In this document: positions 25,529 to 36,563 of the stretch, in pieces
Numbering within the stretch: the stretch's first letter is position 1
Layout of the letters: each line of letters opens with the position of its first letter
Origin: Octopus vulgaris
Lineage: Eukaryota
Assembly (NCBI GenBank): GCA_951406725.2
Contig: OX597814.1
Location: forward strand, 12,772,001-12,836,000
Reading direction: 5' to 3'
DNA: 64,000 bases
Notes under the pieces: model-generated
The model's database searches: none
Told to the model about the DNA's origin: nothing
The model's input: only the letters and a program-made list of their open reading frames with translations
Made by a program: the position numbers and the translations under genes

Positions 25529-26902
25529 TCACTTACCTGTCCTTTTGATTTCACTGTCACCTGAATGTTCATTCCCAATACGAAGACCATCCATATCCAT
25601 TCTTACTCCGAAACTGTCCTCCATATATTCCACGAATTCATCGCTCATTCTTGTATCTTTCACCTCCCAATTCTCCCTTTCACACCTCAACACAAACTCA
25701 TCTATATTCTTCTTTTCCAGCACTGCATATCTGGTCCCATCCATTTCATACCATTCATACTCCTCCATTACCCTTTCAACCTCTTTCTGTTCCGTCACAA
25801 TATAAATGTTCGGCCTGGGTTCGTTTTCAAACTCTTGTCTGTCTGTATTATTATTTTTCTTTTGTTTTCTTGTTGGAGGGGAGCGGGTGGGTTCACTGTC
25901 TGCAGGGGAAGGATGGGACTCCAAGGGTATGGGTGGTGTCGGGGTGGGTTGGGGCTTCGCACAGTTTTTCTTTTTCCTTCTTTTTCTCTTTGTTCCCCCT
26001 TCTTTCCACTCTTGTTGCATCTCCTCTTCTTCTGTCGTTTCCTTCTCTGTTTGTTTCTGTTTATTTTCTTCCTCTCCTGAGGCTTCCTCAACGCTTTCCT
26101 TTTCTTTTTCCTTTGGTGGGGGAGGGCAGTAGGCTCTTATGTGACCCCTTTGGCCACACTTGTAGCACCTGGGCGCCCTACCCTCCACCCACACTCTCAT
26201 AATAATATTTCCAGTTTTTATGCTGTCCGTAATCCTCTCTATAACATCCGCCTCCGCTTGAATGTTCATAACTAGTGTGGCACCTCTCACGCCTTCATAC
26301 TTCATAATGGCGTGGAGGATGTCCACTTTATCTTCATTTCCTTTTATAACCGCAGCCGTTATTAATTCGCCCTCTAGGTGTGGAGGTATTCCCTCCACCC
26401 TAATTCTGGTTGTCCGCCTATTCAGATACGAGGGTAACAAGTAAATCTTTTCTGTACTCACCACCTTGGCTGCTACATTCCTGGCTGCTTTTTCGCTTTT
26501 AAATTGCACCGTTATCGTTCCGTATTGTAATCCTTTTGTCATGTACACAATTTCCTCTCCTGTCTGCTTGAGAGCCTCTTCAATTGCTTCCATGTTGATT
26601 ACTTCCATCTTTCTACCTCCATTCATAAATACTTTATATTTAATGGTTCTACGATGGAACCAGTCTCCGCGCCCTACTGGATGCAGCAGCTCGACTTCAC
26701 CGTTCTCGTCCTCCTTCACAAACTCCTGGAGGCCCGCCAACTTAGCCAGGTCTATCTCTCTTTCCGTTGACTTCTTCGTTACACCTGCGTAGGTGCCTTC
26801 CATCTTTTTCACCGCCAACTCCTCCTCAGATGTCGATACTTCCGTCGAAATTTCAGAGTAAATTCTCCCTTCCATCTCCTCCGCTTGATGGAGGCGGCTC
26901 AT
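25529..26902 (-). CDS. L1/Tx1-type ORF1 (gag-like) protein with CCHC zinc knuckle, unit A (457 aa from ATG 26902)
   Basis: Intact ORF with TYAGVTKK, RIRVEGIPP (RRM-like), RVWVEGRAPRCYKCGQRGHIRAYC (CX2CX4HX4C) and a basic NLS-like KRKRRKKK. The first 40 codons of the track ORF are UTR or neighbouring-unit sequence. Confidence 0.85.
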   Translation of the reverse strand: MSRLHQAEEMEGRIYSEISTEVSTSEEELAVKKMEGTYAGVTKKSTEREIDLAKLAGLQEFVKEDENGEVELLHPVGRGDWFHRRTIKYKVFMNGGRKMEVINMEAIEEALKQTGEEIVYMTKGLQYGTITVQFKSEKAARNVAAKVVSTEKIYLLPSYLNRRTTRIRVEGIPPHLEGELITAAVIKGNEDKVDILHAIMKYEGVRGATLVMNIQAEADVIERITDSIKTGNIIMRVWVEGRAPRCYKCGQRGHIRAYCPPPPKEKEKESVEEASGEEENKQKQTEKETTEEEEMQQEWKEGGTKRKRRKKKNCAKPQPTPTPPIPLESHPSPADSEPTRSPPTRKQKKNNNTDRQEFENEPRPNIYIVTEQKEVERVMEEYEWYEMDGTRYAVLEKKNIDEFVLRCERENWEVKDTRMSDEFVEYMEDSFGVRMDMDGLRIGNEHSGDSEIKRTGK

Positions 26903-27113
26903 AGTCGCCTCCGACCGAAAAACGGCCGCCAAAACAGAAAAAGTGTAACGCGCTGAACGAGCTGATTTTTTATTACCCACTAAGGGGCGACACAGAGGGG
27001 GACAACAAAGACATGGGGACATAGAACATTATAATTAAACTTTATGAACATGTATTGTTAAACGAAAAAAAATGATAAAATGAAAGCGATACCAACGGCC
27101 CCGTCCGTCAGCA

Positions 27114-28527
27114 TCACTTACCTGTCCTTTGTTTTTCATAGTCACTTGAATGTTCTTTGCCAATACGAATAAATTCCATATCCATTCTTACTCCGAAATA
27201 CTCATTCATATTTTCCACGAATTCATCGCTCATTCTTATATCTTTCACCTCCCAATTCTCCCTTTCACACCTCCCCATAAACTCACCTATGTTCTTCTTT
27301 TCAATCACAGCATACCTAGTCTCTCCAACATCATACCGTTTATACTCTTCCATTAGACTTTTAACTTCCCTCTGTTCAGTCATAGTACAAATGTACGGCC
27401 TGGGTTCGATTTCAATCTCTTGTGTGTGTGTATTCTTTTTTTTTTTGTTTTCTTGTTGGGGGGGAGCGGGTGGGTTCAATGTCTGCATGGATAGGGTGGG
27501 ACTCAGAGGGTGTGGGAGGTTTTGGGGTAGATTGGAGTTCCATATTTTCTTTTTTTCCACATATTCTTCTCTTCCTCTTACTTCCAGCTTCCTTCCATTT
27601 CTGTGTATTCTCTTCCTCTGTTTCCTTCTCCTCTGGTTTCTGCTTCTCTCTCTCTGGTTCGGGATCCATTTCTTTCCCTGGGGGAGGGCAGAAGGCTCTT
27701 ATGTGACCCCTCAGGCCACACTTGTAACAACGTGGAGCCCTGCCCTCCACCCACACTCTCATGATCACTTCTCCCAGTCTGATGCTTTCCGTCAGGTCCA
27801 CCAGTACCTCGGTCTCTGCCTGTACGTTCAGCTCCACTGTTACGCCTCTCCAGCCCTCGGACTTAACCGAGGCATGGAGAATATCCACTTCGTCCTCGTG
27901 GCCGCTGATCACAGCCGCCACAATCCATTCTGCCTCCACGTTTGGTGGCACTCCCTCCACCCTTATTCGTGTATTCCTCCTGTTTAAATACGTAGGTAAC
28001 AGTGTTACCTTTTCCGACTTCACCGCCTTCGCTGCCATCTTCCTCGCTACAGATTCACTTTTAAAGTGCACAACTACGGTCCCGTACTTGGATCCTCGAG
28101 TCAGAAAATTTATTTCCTCCTCAGTTCTTCGCAGGGCTTCCTCTATCCATTCCATGGTTACAACTTCTACCCTCTTCCTTTCGTTTGCGAACACCCTGTA
28201 AACAATGGTCCTCTTATCATACCATTCTTTTCTCCTGGGTGTCGGTGATAGTTCCACCTCACCGCTTTCCTTTTTCATGTATTTCTGGTAACTTGGCAAC
28301 TTGGCCATGTCGACCCCTTTCTCTTCCGCCTTCTTGGTTACACCGGCATAGGTATAACCCAGCTTCTGATCCATTTTCCTCACTGCTATTTCTAGCTCCT
28401 CCTCAGATGTAGACAAGTCTGATAAAGACTCGAAAACTCCAGCCTCTTCCTCCATCAGCTTCACTGCAATTGCCTGTTCCAGTTCCTCATCCGTCGTGGA
28501 CAAGTCCGTTAGAGACTCATAGTCCAT
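27114..28527 (-). pseudogene. ORF1 (gag-like), unit B, frameshifted near the C-terminus
   Basis: 371-aa ORF (27412-28527) with CYKCGLRGHIRAFC. The C-terminus continues in another frame (27114-27560) after an indel in the T-tract near 27435. Confidence 0.85.
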
Positions 28528-28841
28528 TTCCTTCTGTCTGACAGACCGAAAACGGCCGCCAAAACAGAAAAAGTGTAACGCGCTGAACGAGCGAAACGCG
28601 AAACCGCGTCAACGCCGTTCAGAATTTCCACAACAACAACAACGCTTTTTGTTCTTTTTTACCGAATTTCAGGAGCCGAAAAAACCACATATTTCTTTAT
28701 TACCCACTAAGGGGCTACGAAGAGTGGTGGACATAACAAAACATGGGGACATAGAACATTATAATTAAACTTTATGAAAATGAATTGTTAAACGAAAAAA
28801 TGATAAAATGAAAGCGATACCAACGGCCCCGTCCGTCAGCA

Positions 28842-30188
28842 TCACTTACCTGTCCTTTGTTTTTCATAGTCACTTGAATGTTCTTTGTCAATACGAATAA
28901 ATTCCATATCCATTCTTACTCCGAAATACTCATCCATATTTTCCACGAATTCATCGCTCATTCTTATATCTTTCACCTCCCAATTCTCCCTTTCACACCT
29001 CCCCATAAACTCACCTATGTTCTTCTTTTCAATCACAGCATACCTAGTCTCTCCAACATCATACCATTTATACTCTTCCATTAGACTTTTAACTTCCCTC
29101 TGTTCAGTCATAGTACAAATGTACGGCCTGGGTTCGATTTCAATCTCTTGTGTGTGTGTCTTCTTTTTTTTCTTTTGTTTTCTTGTTGGGGGGGAGCGGG
29201 TGGGTTCAATGTCTGCATGGATAGGGTGGGACTCAGAGGGTGTGGGAGGTTTTGGGGTAGATTGGAGATCCATATTATTTTCTTTTTTTCCACATATTCT
29301 TCTCTTCCTCTTACTTCCAGCTTCCTTCCATTTCTGTGTATTCTCTTCCTCTGTTTCCTTCTCCTCTGGTTTCTGCTTCTCTCTCTCTGGTTCGGGATCC
29401 ATTTCTTTCCCTGGGGGAGGGCAGAAGGCTCTTATGTGACCCCTCAGGCCACACTTGTAACAACGTGGAGCCCTGCCCTCCACCCACACTCTCATGATCA
29501 CTTCTCCCAGTCTGATGCTTTCCGTCAGGTCCACCAGTACCTCGGTCTCTGCCTGTACGTTCAGCTCCACTGTTACGCCTCTCCAGCCCTCGGACTTAAC
29601 CGAGGCATGGAGAATATCCACTTCGTCCTCGTGGCCGCTGATCACAGCCGCCACAATCCATTCTGCCTCCACGTTTGGTGGCACTCCCTCCACCCTTATT
29701 CGTGTAATCCTCCTGTTTAAATACGTAGGTAACAGTGTTACCTTTTCCGACTTCACCGCCTTCGCTGCCATCTTCCTCGCTGCCGATTCACTTTTAAAGT
29801 GCACAACTACGGTCCCGTACTTGGATCCTCGAGTCAGAAAATGTATTTCCTCCTCAGTTCTTCGCAGGGCTTCCTCTATCCATTCCATGGATACAACTTC
29901 TACCCTCTTCCTTTCGTTTGCGCACACCCTGTAAACAATGGTCCTCTTATCATACCATTCTTTTCTCCTGGGTGTCGGTGACAGCTCCACCTCACCGCCT
30001 TCCCCCCTCATGCATTTCTGGTAACTCGGCAACCTGGCCACGTCGACCCCCCTCTCCTCCGCCCTCCTGGCCACACCGGCACAGGTACAACCCAGCCTCC
30101 CCTCCAACTCCCTCGCTGCCACATCCAGCTCCCTCTCAGACACAGGCAAGTCTGATAAAGACTCAAAAACTCCAGCCCCCTCCTCCAT
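28842..30188 (-). CDS. ORF1 (gag-like), unit C, open frame with an A-to-G hypermutated N-terminus
   Basis: Nearly identical to unit B over 28842-29980. The original ATG (MDY in unit B) is now GTG. The next surviving ATG is at 30188 (448 aa). Confidence 0.75.
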   Translation of the reverse strand: MEEGAGVFESLSDLPVSERELDVAARELEGRLGCTCAGVARRAEERGVDVARLPSYQKCMRGEGGEVELSPTPRRKEWYDKRTIVYRVCANERKRVEVVSMEWIEEALRRTEEEIHFLTRGSKYGTVVVHFKSESAARKMAAKAVKSEKVTLLPTYLNRRITRIRVEGVPPNVEAEWIVAAVISGHEDEVDILHASVKSEGWRGVTVELNVQAETEVLVDLTESIRLGEVIMRVWVEGRAPRCYKCGLRGHIRAFCPPPGKEMDPEPEREKQKPEEKETEEENTQKWKEAGSKRKRRICGKKENNMDLQSTPKPPTPSESHPIHADIEPTRSPPTRKQKKKKKTHTQEIEIEPRPYICTMTEQREVKSLMEEYKWYDVGETRYAVIEKKNIGEFMGRCERENWEVKDIRMSDEFVENMDEYFGVRMDMEFIRIDKEHSSDYEKQRTGK

Positions 30189-30779
30189 CAGCCTCACCGC
30201 AATTGCCCGCTCCAGCTCCCCATCCGTCGTGGACAAGTCTGTCAGCGACTCACAGTCCACTTCCCTCCGTCCGACAGACCGAAAACGGCCGCCAAAACAG
30301 AAAAAGTGCAACGCGCCGAACGAGCGAAACGCGAAACCGCGCCAACGCCGTTCAGAACCTCCACAACAACAACAACGCCTTCTGCTCCCTCCCACCGAAT
30401 TTCAGGAGCCGAAAAAACCCGACCTTTTTTCTCTACATTGTATACTTTATAGACAATAGTCTTTTCTTTAATTTAATTTTTTATTATCCATCTGGACTAT
30501 TCCATTTCTGCACGCTAATTTTAAAAAAAATTTATTCCCATTCATGTGAAACCACTTATTCAAGTTCAAGTCATTGATGCAATTTTATACCAATTGCTAT
30601 TTTTATATTTGTTTATGTTACGATTATATTATGCTTTAGTTTGATTTTAATTATTACTTACTACATATAATTCAATTGTTATTATTATTTTTATTGTTAA
30701 AGTGAAAGTATCTGACATAAAATAGAGAAATGTTTTTGTTTCACTTTCAACACGTAATACTGAAATAGTGGAGAAGATA

Positions 30780-30957
30780 TGATATTGCTATGGGCTCGCT
30801 CTAGGCAAGAAGTTGAACATTTTTTTGCCCATGAAACTACATGGATCCTAAGTAAGGCATGTGTAAAATTTGAATGAAATTGGTTGTGTAGTTCTCAAGT
30901 TTTAGGGAAACACACAGACAGACAGACACACATTCTCAGTTTTATATATATAAAGAT
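30780..30957 (-). mobile_element. Helitron-like 5' fragment (second family)
   Basis: Minus strand a|tctttatatatataaaactgagaatgtgtgtctgtctg, same architecture as the 5' end of 17088-17473. Confidence 0.45.
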
Positions 30958-30980
30958 ATATATATATATATATTTAGAGA

Positions 30981-31337
30981 GAGAGAAAGTCGTCAGTCTG
31001 GAAAAAAATTATTGTTTTAATTTCTTCATTATTTATTAGCGCTTTCGTTCCTTTCTCGAACTTGTGAAATTAAATATTTAAATGTCCAAACAGTTTGTTC
31101 ATTTATATAAAACATGTTTTTTGGGAGTGTTGGTTAGAAGAAGAGAACATTGTTTTTGTTTTTGGAGTGAGCTTCCTTGACAAACCCACTCCAATACAAT
31201 GGTAAATGACTTAAAGAAATGAATGATGAACAGAAATGGAATCCCCTTTTTCTTTCTTCCTCTCTCTGAGCCCTCTCTCTCTCTCTCTCTGTGCCTCTCT
31301 CTCTTTCTATCTATCAGCCTATCTACCTACCTATATT

Positions 31338-31408
<71 letters not shown>

Positions 31409-31613
31409 CCATTGTCATGGAACCACGCCCCCCAAAACAAAATCAATGTTCTCTTCTAAACAAAACCCCTAAAACATATGTTTTATGTAATTGCACACGC
31501 TGTTTGTACATTCACAAAATTTTTTTGACAAGTTCGCGAAACGAGCGAAAGCGCTAATAACAATGAAGAAATAAAAAAGATTATTTTTTCCAAGATTCTG
31601 ACGACTCTTTTCT
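30981..31613. mobile_element. Diverged inverted pair of PLE-like terminal repeats around a (CTAT)n spacer
   Basis: ~30981-31210 is the imperfect reverse complement of ~31405-31613. Both arms contain a hammerhead-like motif. Confidence 0.7.
31520..31560 (+). ncRNA. Hammerhead-like motif, U3-A8 variant (second family)
   Basis: TTGACAA gttcg-cgaaa-cgagc GAAA gcgc TA ataa: 5-bp stem II and palindromic stem III AGCGCT. Stem I is degenerate. Confidence 0.55.
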
Positions 31614-31680
31614 CAATACTCAATTTCTGTACAGCGCACCTAACAGACACACACACACACTCTTTGTCTGTCTGTCTGTC

Positions 31681-31736
<56 letters not shown>

Positions 31737-31754
31737 CATACATACATATATATA

Positions 31755-31830
<76 letters not shown>

Positions 31831-32149
31831 TGTTTGTGTTACAATTTAGAACAAACAGCAAGTTGTCATTATGGTGCTCGGAGTTTCGAATGTCGGAGCG
31901 AAGAGTTCCGATACATTCTCGTCGGCTATTAATGGCAGTATACGTTATGAAAAACCGTTGAATAAAAGGGGAGTTACTCTAATAGGTAGAAAAAGAAAAC
32001 AGAAAAAAGATTAAAAAGATACACGCAACCATATTCTCACAAAACAGACATAAAACTGCGTTCATAACGTCTACATACGTACATACTCACACAAACATCT
32101 ATACGTACAAGCACATACACACATATCTACACACAGATGCACGCACACT

Positions 32150-32194
<45 letters not shown>

Positions 32195-32908
32195 GTGTAC
32201 GGAAATTTATCCTCATATACACATGGGTGTTTGCGTGCATACACATAACAATACATATATATTTTGACATATATGTGTCAGTAAACCAACTTGCTTAGTG
32301 TGGAAGAGGTAGAAGACGTACCCGACTGGAATGTTTTGTGTAATGTGGTTCGTCGCCGAGGTTCGCATCGAATGGTCACATCGCCATATTTACACCGACT
32401 GCCGTCGTTGAGAACTTCACACTGATTGTTTACGCCGCCAACTGATACCACGTGTTCCCTCACCAGTTCAAATCGTCCACCTCACAACAAAGACGCACAA
32501 AAATAAAACGGACAGTACTACTCACTCTCCAGACCTTTTTCGATCCGACAGATGTATGCAACACTTATAACTAATAAATTCTTAAGAGTAAATGCTTTAA
32601 TCATACAGGAAATAATACTTGAACTTATAGGGTTTTTCTCGTTTGCCGCTTCTGGGGACGTTTTTTTTTCTCCCCACTTGGATCCAATTACACTGTTATC
32701 TCTTGATGCTTATCTTGGTTCACTACTCCCTCTCGTTATTCTTCCTTACAGTGATTATCTAGCTCTTGCAGTTCTCATTGGTCTTCCTAAGTGCCTTCGT
32801 CAATAAATTTGTCAACCTCTTAGTGGGGTCCCAGCTGAACTGGCCAGGCCTATAAAACTTCCACAGACCGTTTAAATACACGATCTTAAGATGAGAAATC
32901 TTTCTTCC

Positions 32909-32964
32909 TAGTCTTCCCATGAACAGATAGTCTTCCCATGAACAGGTAGTCTTCCCATGAACAG
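32909..32964. repeat. 19-bp tandem repeat x3 (tagtcttcccatgaacagR)
   Basis: Direct inspection. Confidence 0.85.
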
Positions 32965-35900
32965 ATGAACAGAGAGTTTCACCTCGTGGCCCAACTTCAG
33001 CGTTGCAGATGTATAGCCAGTAGACTCATGCGGTGCGAAACAATATGCCATCAACAAAGCGGTTAAGTTAAAATCCTATACCATGTTTTGTATTTTGGCT
33101 GTGTAATCTTTCAAAACCCGTCCACTCTCCGTCATTTTACTTGAAACTCTTGCAAAAAAGATTCCAGTTCAGAATTGTAGCGTTTCAGCTCAAATCGAAT
33201 TTGTTTCATTATCTCGTATTTCTTTCATATTGTACTGCATTCTTCTTTAAATCTTCTGCGAATTTTCCGTGAATTGAGAAGCTTCTTTAATTCAATTTAA
33301 TTCAACCACAGCGTAATGATTTCCATCCTCAAAATACTGAAGTTTCATTTCAAATCTTGTGAGTTGGAAGACATTTCCTCTTCCATAACAGCAATCCCAT
33401 TACGCATGTTGCGCTTTATCACATCCCGTTCGTAGTTTATCTCTAAGATAGTCGCATTTAGTTCGTTAATTTCCTGGATCAGCTGAAATTTATTTTCTGA
33501 CACTCGGCTTTTGTTACTGTTCATCGAAGACACATGCTATTTTAGCTTCATTTTCTTTCATTAAAATATCTGTATTGTAGTTCAAGCTCTTCCTATCACG
33601 TTCCTGCAAATACTGTGTATGCTTTTCTGTAACTTCATGGACATTTTTTAGTATCATCTACAAAGTTCTAATGGACATTTTGCAATTCTAACTCTATATT
33701 CCTTTTATTTCTCAAATATCTTTCCATGTTGACTTCTCTCTCAGAACGTACGATTTCACGGAAATGGACCTTTACATTTAGCTTTACAATCATGACATTG
33801 AGAAGAGATTTCACATCATTTTCATCTTCATCTCTGACTGCTTTGCCAACATCTTCCAACAAGTCATCAACGCCCTTCTGTAAATGACTGATGTTCTTGT
33901 TTTTAAGCACAAACTTTGACGAAATCTTTATCTAGAATTCCATTTTCCACAGTTTCCTGAGCATTTCCCCCCACGTCCACCAGGGTTCGTCCCATCATAA
34001 TTCTTGCCTTCTTTCTGCATTGTTTGTCGGGCTCCACTGTCACCAGGCAGCCATCAAATGAGTCACTCACATTCCACTGCAACATAGATCTCGGAAGGCT
34101 CTCATATCACCACAAGTAGTGGTCCGCTTTACCATCTCGACACGGACTGATCTTCCTTGCACGCAAAGCTTCATGGCACAGAAGTCCAACTGACACCTCA
34201 TGGACGCCAAGTAGTCCAGACCCAAGAGTCAAGGGTTCTCCATCGCCACTACATAGACAGGAAGCACGACCTCTTGTCATGCAACTTCAATCGAGACAGC
34301 AACCGGTCCCCTCATTTCAGTATGGTGCCTGGTAACACCAAACAACTGCTGTCATGAATCTGGTAGGTCTCGATGCTGTAACATCTAAGATCTCACAAAG
34401 GTCTGCTCCGAGGACAAATCAGTCACAAAGGGACACCTGTGGGCATCAATCCTCTCTGGGATTGACGCCCAGCATTCTCACAATTCTACGGCCCCCATTC
34501 TCTCATAAAATTCATTCACTTTTATGATGTCAACTTCAGTCCTTTTACATACTCTCATAGGTGGGGTTTCTCTGGTTTACTCGGCGGGCCGTTGCCCCTT
34601 AATACCAGCCCCTTCTAGTTTCCCGACTCACCTTTATCTTTTGTTATCTTCTTACTCGCTTTTCTTGCAGGGCTGTGAAAACTTCGATGTCTTTTTTTAC
34701 CACGTGTCCAGCACTCTTTCCTAAATGTAAAATTTCTACTATCGTCTCGCTTTTCTTCTCTTTTTAGGCTGTAACAATCTTGCCCCTTGTGTTCTAACTT
34801 TCCACAGTACTAGAAAATTCCTCCAACCATCTCTTGCGCTTTCTTCTTCTAACAGCCACTTCTTTTATGTCCTATCTCCTCGAAATGCCAACAACTTTCA
34901 TCTTCCTGCTTCACGTAATTGCCCAGTTCTTTCTTTGAATCCGGAACTGTGGCCCACTTGGAATCTTCCTGAGCGAGACCTTACATATGATTCTAATTCC
35001 AGAGCTCTAGTCAGAGTCTCTTGCATAGTATTTATTTGTGCCTATTTACTTGAAATTCGAGCTCTTCACAGCCCAGAGCATCAATAAACTGGACTTTCAG
35101 AACAAGAGCCAAGAGGTCAGGTGTTGCCGTAGGGTATACCTCACGTGTCACGATATCCAGGTTCTGGGCAAGCAGCTGTAGTGATTCCCTTCTTGCCTTC
35201 TACATTTCGCTCTGAGACATAGCACCATATCGTCCCTGTAACACTTTAACTAGTGAAAAATAAACAGCTTCTGCCTGTCACTGACAGCGTGTCTCAGCAC
35301 CTCTAGTGCATCGCCCTTTAGACTAGTGGCAAGCTGAACTGCTGTTTGCCCATCGACCCACCCATTTTAGTCAGCCAGCAGTTCAAACTGGACACGATAG
35401 GACTCCCGTGACGCATTGCCGTCAAAGTTTTATTGGGAAACCTTATTGCGGCCTTCCACTTCATTGGATCGAGGTCTAAATACTGAAACCTCACGATTCA
35501 GTCCAGTATCCAAAACTGCCTATTTACCACCTGCAGGAACACTCATTCCCGTAATAAGAGCAACTCGAGAGATTTGGCAATTTTCAAAATCCAGCACATG
35601 TCCACCATTTCCACAGTCACTGCAAACCATCATGAGGCTCATCAGAAGAAAACTATCCTACGGCCTTCATTCTCTCATTAAATATTTTCAACTTGTTCAT
35701 CTACATATTGCTTGCACCACGTAATATCATCATTCACCTCATGTCTGAACTACTGTAATCATTCTCGTACTTTTTCTTGAACTGTTTTGGTTCTTCTTGC
35801 AACTTCTGTTGATCCTTCATTCTTCTCATGCATTTGCTCAACTGCCTACGCCTTCTGCTCTTCTTTAAACTCAGTCAGTCTAACACTTTGGTCTTTTAAT

Positions 35901-36132
35901 ACATTCGTGGTCGCAGCCAGAGACATCTTTTGCTTCCCAGACTTTTTCTTTGTATGCACACCTTCAATTCCATGACGAATAATTGACCTACTGCTGCAAT
36001 AAAAAACCCACTTCAGATACGAAATGTTGCAAAATGCGGCCTCCTGATACGAACACGGCTCCAGCAATCAAGTAGCTGGGAAACTACAGCCCAGCAAGCC
36101 AGCTTGTTTAGAGTAGAAGAATTACTCATGCC

Positions 36133-36345
36133 TCTTTTACTCTTTTACTCTTAAACTTGTTTCAGTCATTTGACTGCGGCCATGGTGGAGCACCGCCTTT
36201 AGTCGAGCAAATCGACCCCGGGACGTATTCTTTGTAAGCCCAGTACTTATTCTATCGGTCTCTTTTGCCGAACCGCTAAGTGACGGGGACGTAAACACAC
36301 CAGCATCGGTTGTCAAGCAATGCTAGGGGGACAAACACAGACACA

Positions 36346-36376
<31 letters not shown>

Positions 36377-36563
36377 TTATATATATATATACATATATAC
36401 GACAGGCTTCTTTTAGTTTCCGTCTACCAAATCCACTCACAAGGCATTGGTCGGCCCGGGGCTATAGCAGAAGACACTTGCCCAAGATTCCACGCAGTGG
36501 GACTGAACCCGGAACCATGTGGTTGGTAGGCAAGCTACTTACCACACAGCCACTCCTGCGCCT
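36133..36563 (-). mobile_element. Family-B SINE, full length
   Basis: Reverse complement of 21193-21643. Confidence 0.88.

Larger units (their letters stand above)
25383..30419 (-). mobile_element. Head-to-tail array of three gag/ORF1-only non-LTR retroelements (units A 25383-26963, B 26965-28686, C 28690-30419)
   Basis: Each unit has a 5' UTR, one ORF, and a ~150-bp 3' UTR ending gcccct..gtgggtaataaa. No RT or endonuclease ORF is present. Confidence 0.88.

Noticed and set aside
28249-28660. APOBEC-like G>A hypermutation of unit B instead of A>G in unit C
   Set aside because: The diverged unit A agrees with B at alignable sites, and B keeps the ATG and the TYAGVTKK motif.
25545-29981. Plus-strand ORFs overlapping the gag units
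   Set aside because: Antisense shadows of a purine-rich coding strand, with no motifs
29982-30393. Diversity-generating retroelement (TR/VR pair) as the explanation of adenine-specific changes between units B and C
   Set aside because: DGR mutagenesis gives A>N and needs a DGR RT. Here changes are overwhelmingly A>G, span UTR and N-terminus, and no such RT is present in this eukaryotic context.
30189-30395. N-terminal extension of the 517-aa ORF (MGGSRRRCCCC...)
   Set aside because: This is mostly 5' UTR opened by a TGA>TGG change, starting at a non-ATG codon. It is not an ancestral coding region.
32909-32964. Short direct repeats as a CRISPR-like array
   Set aside because: No unique spacers. 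It is a simple tandem duplication in eukaryotic DNA.
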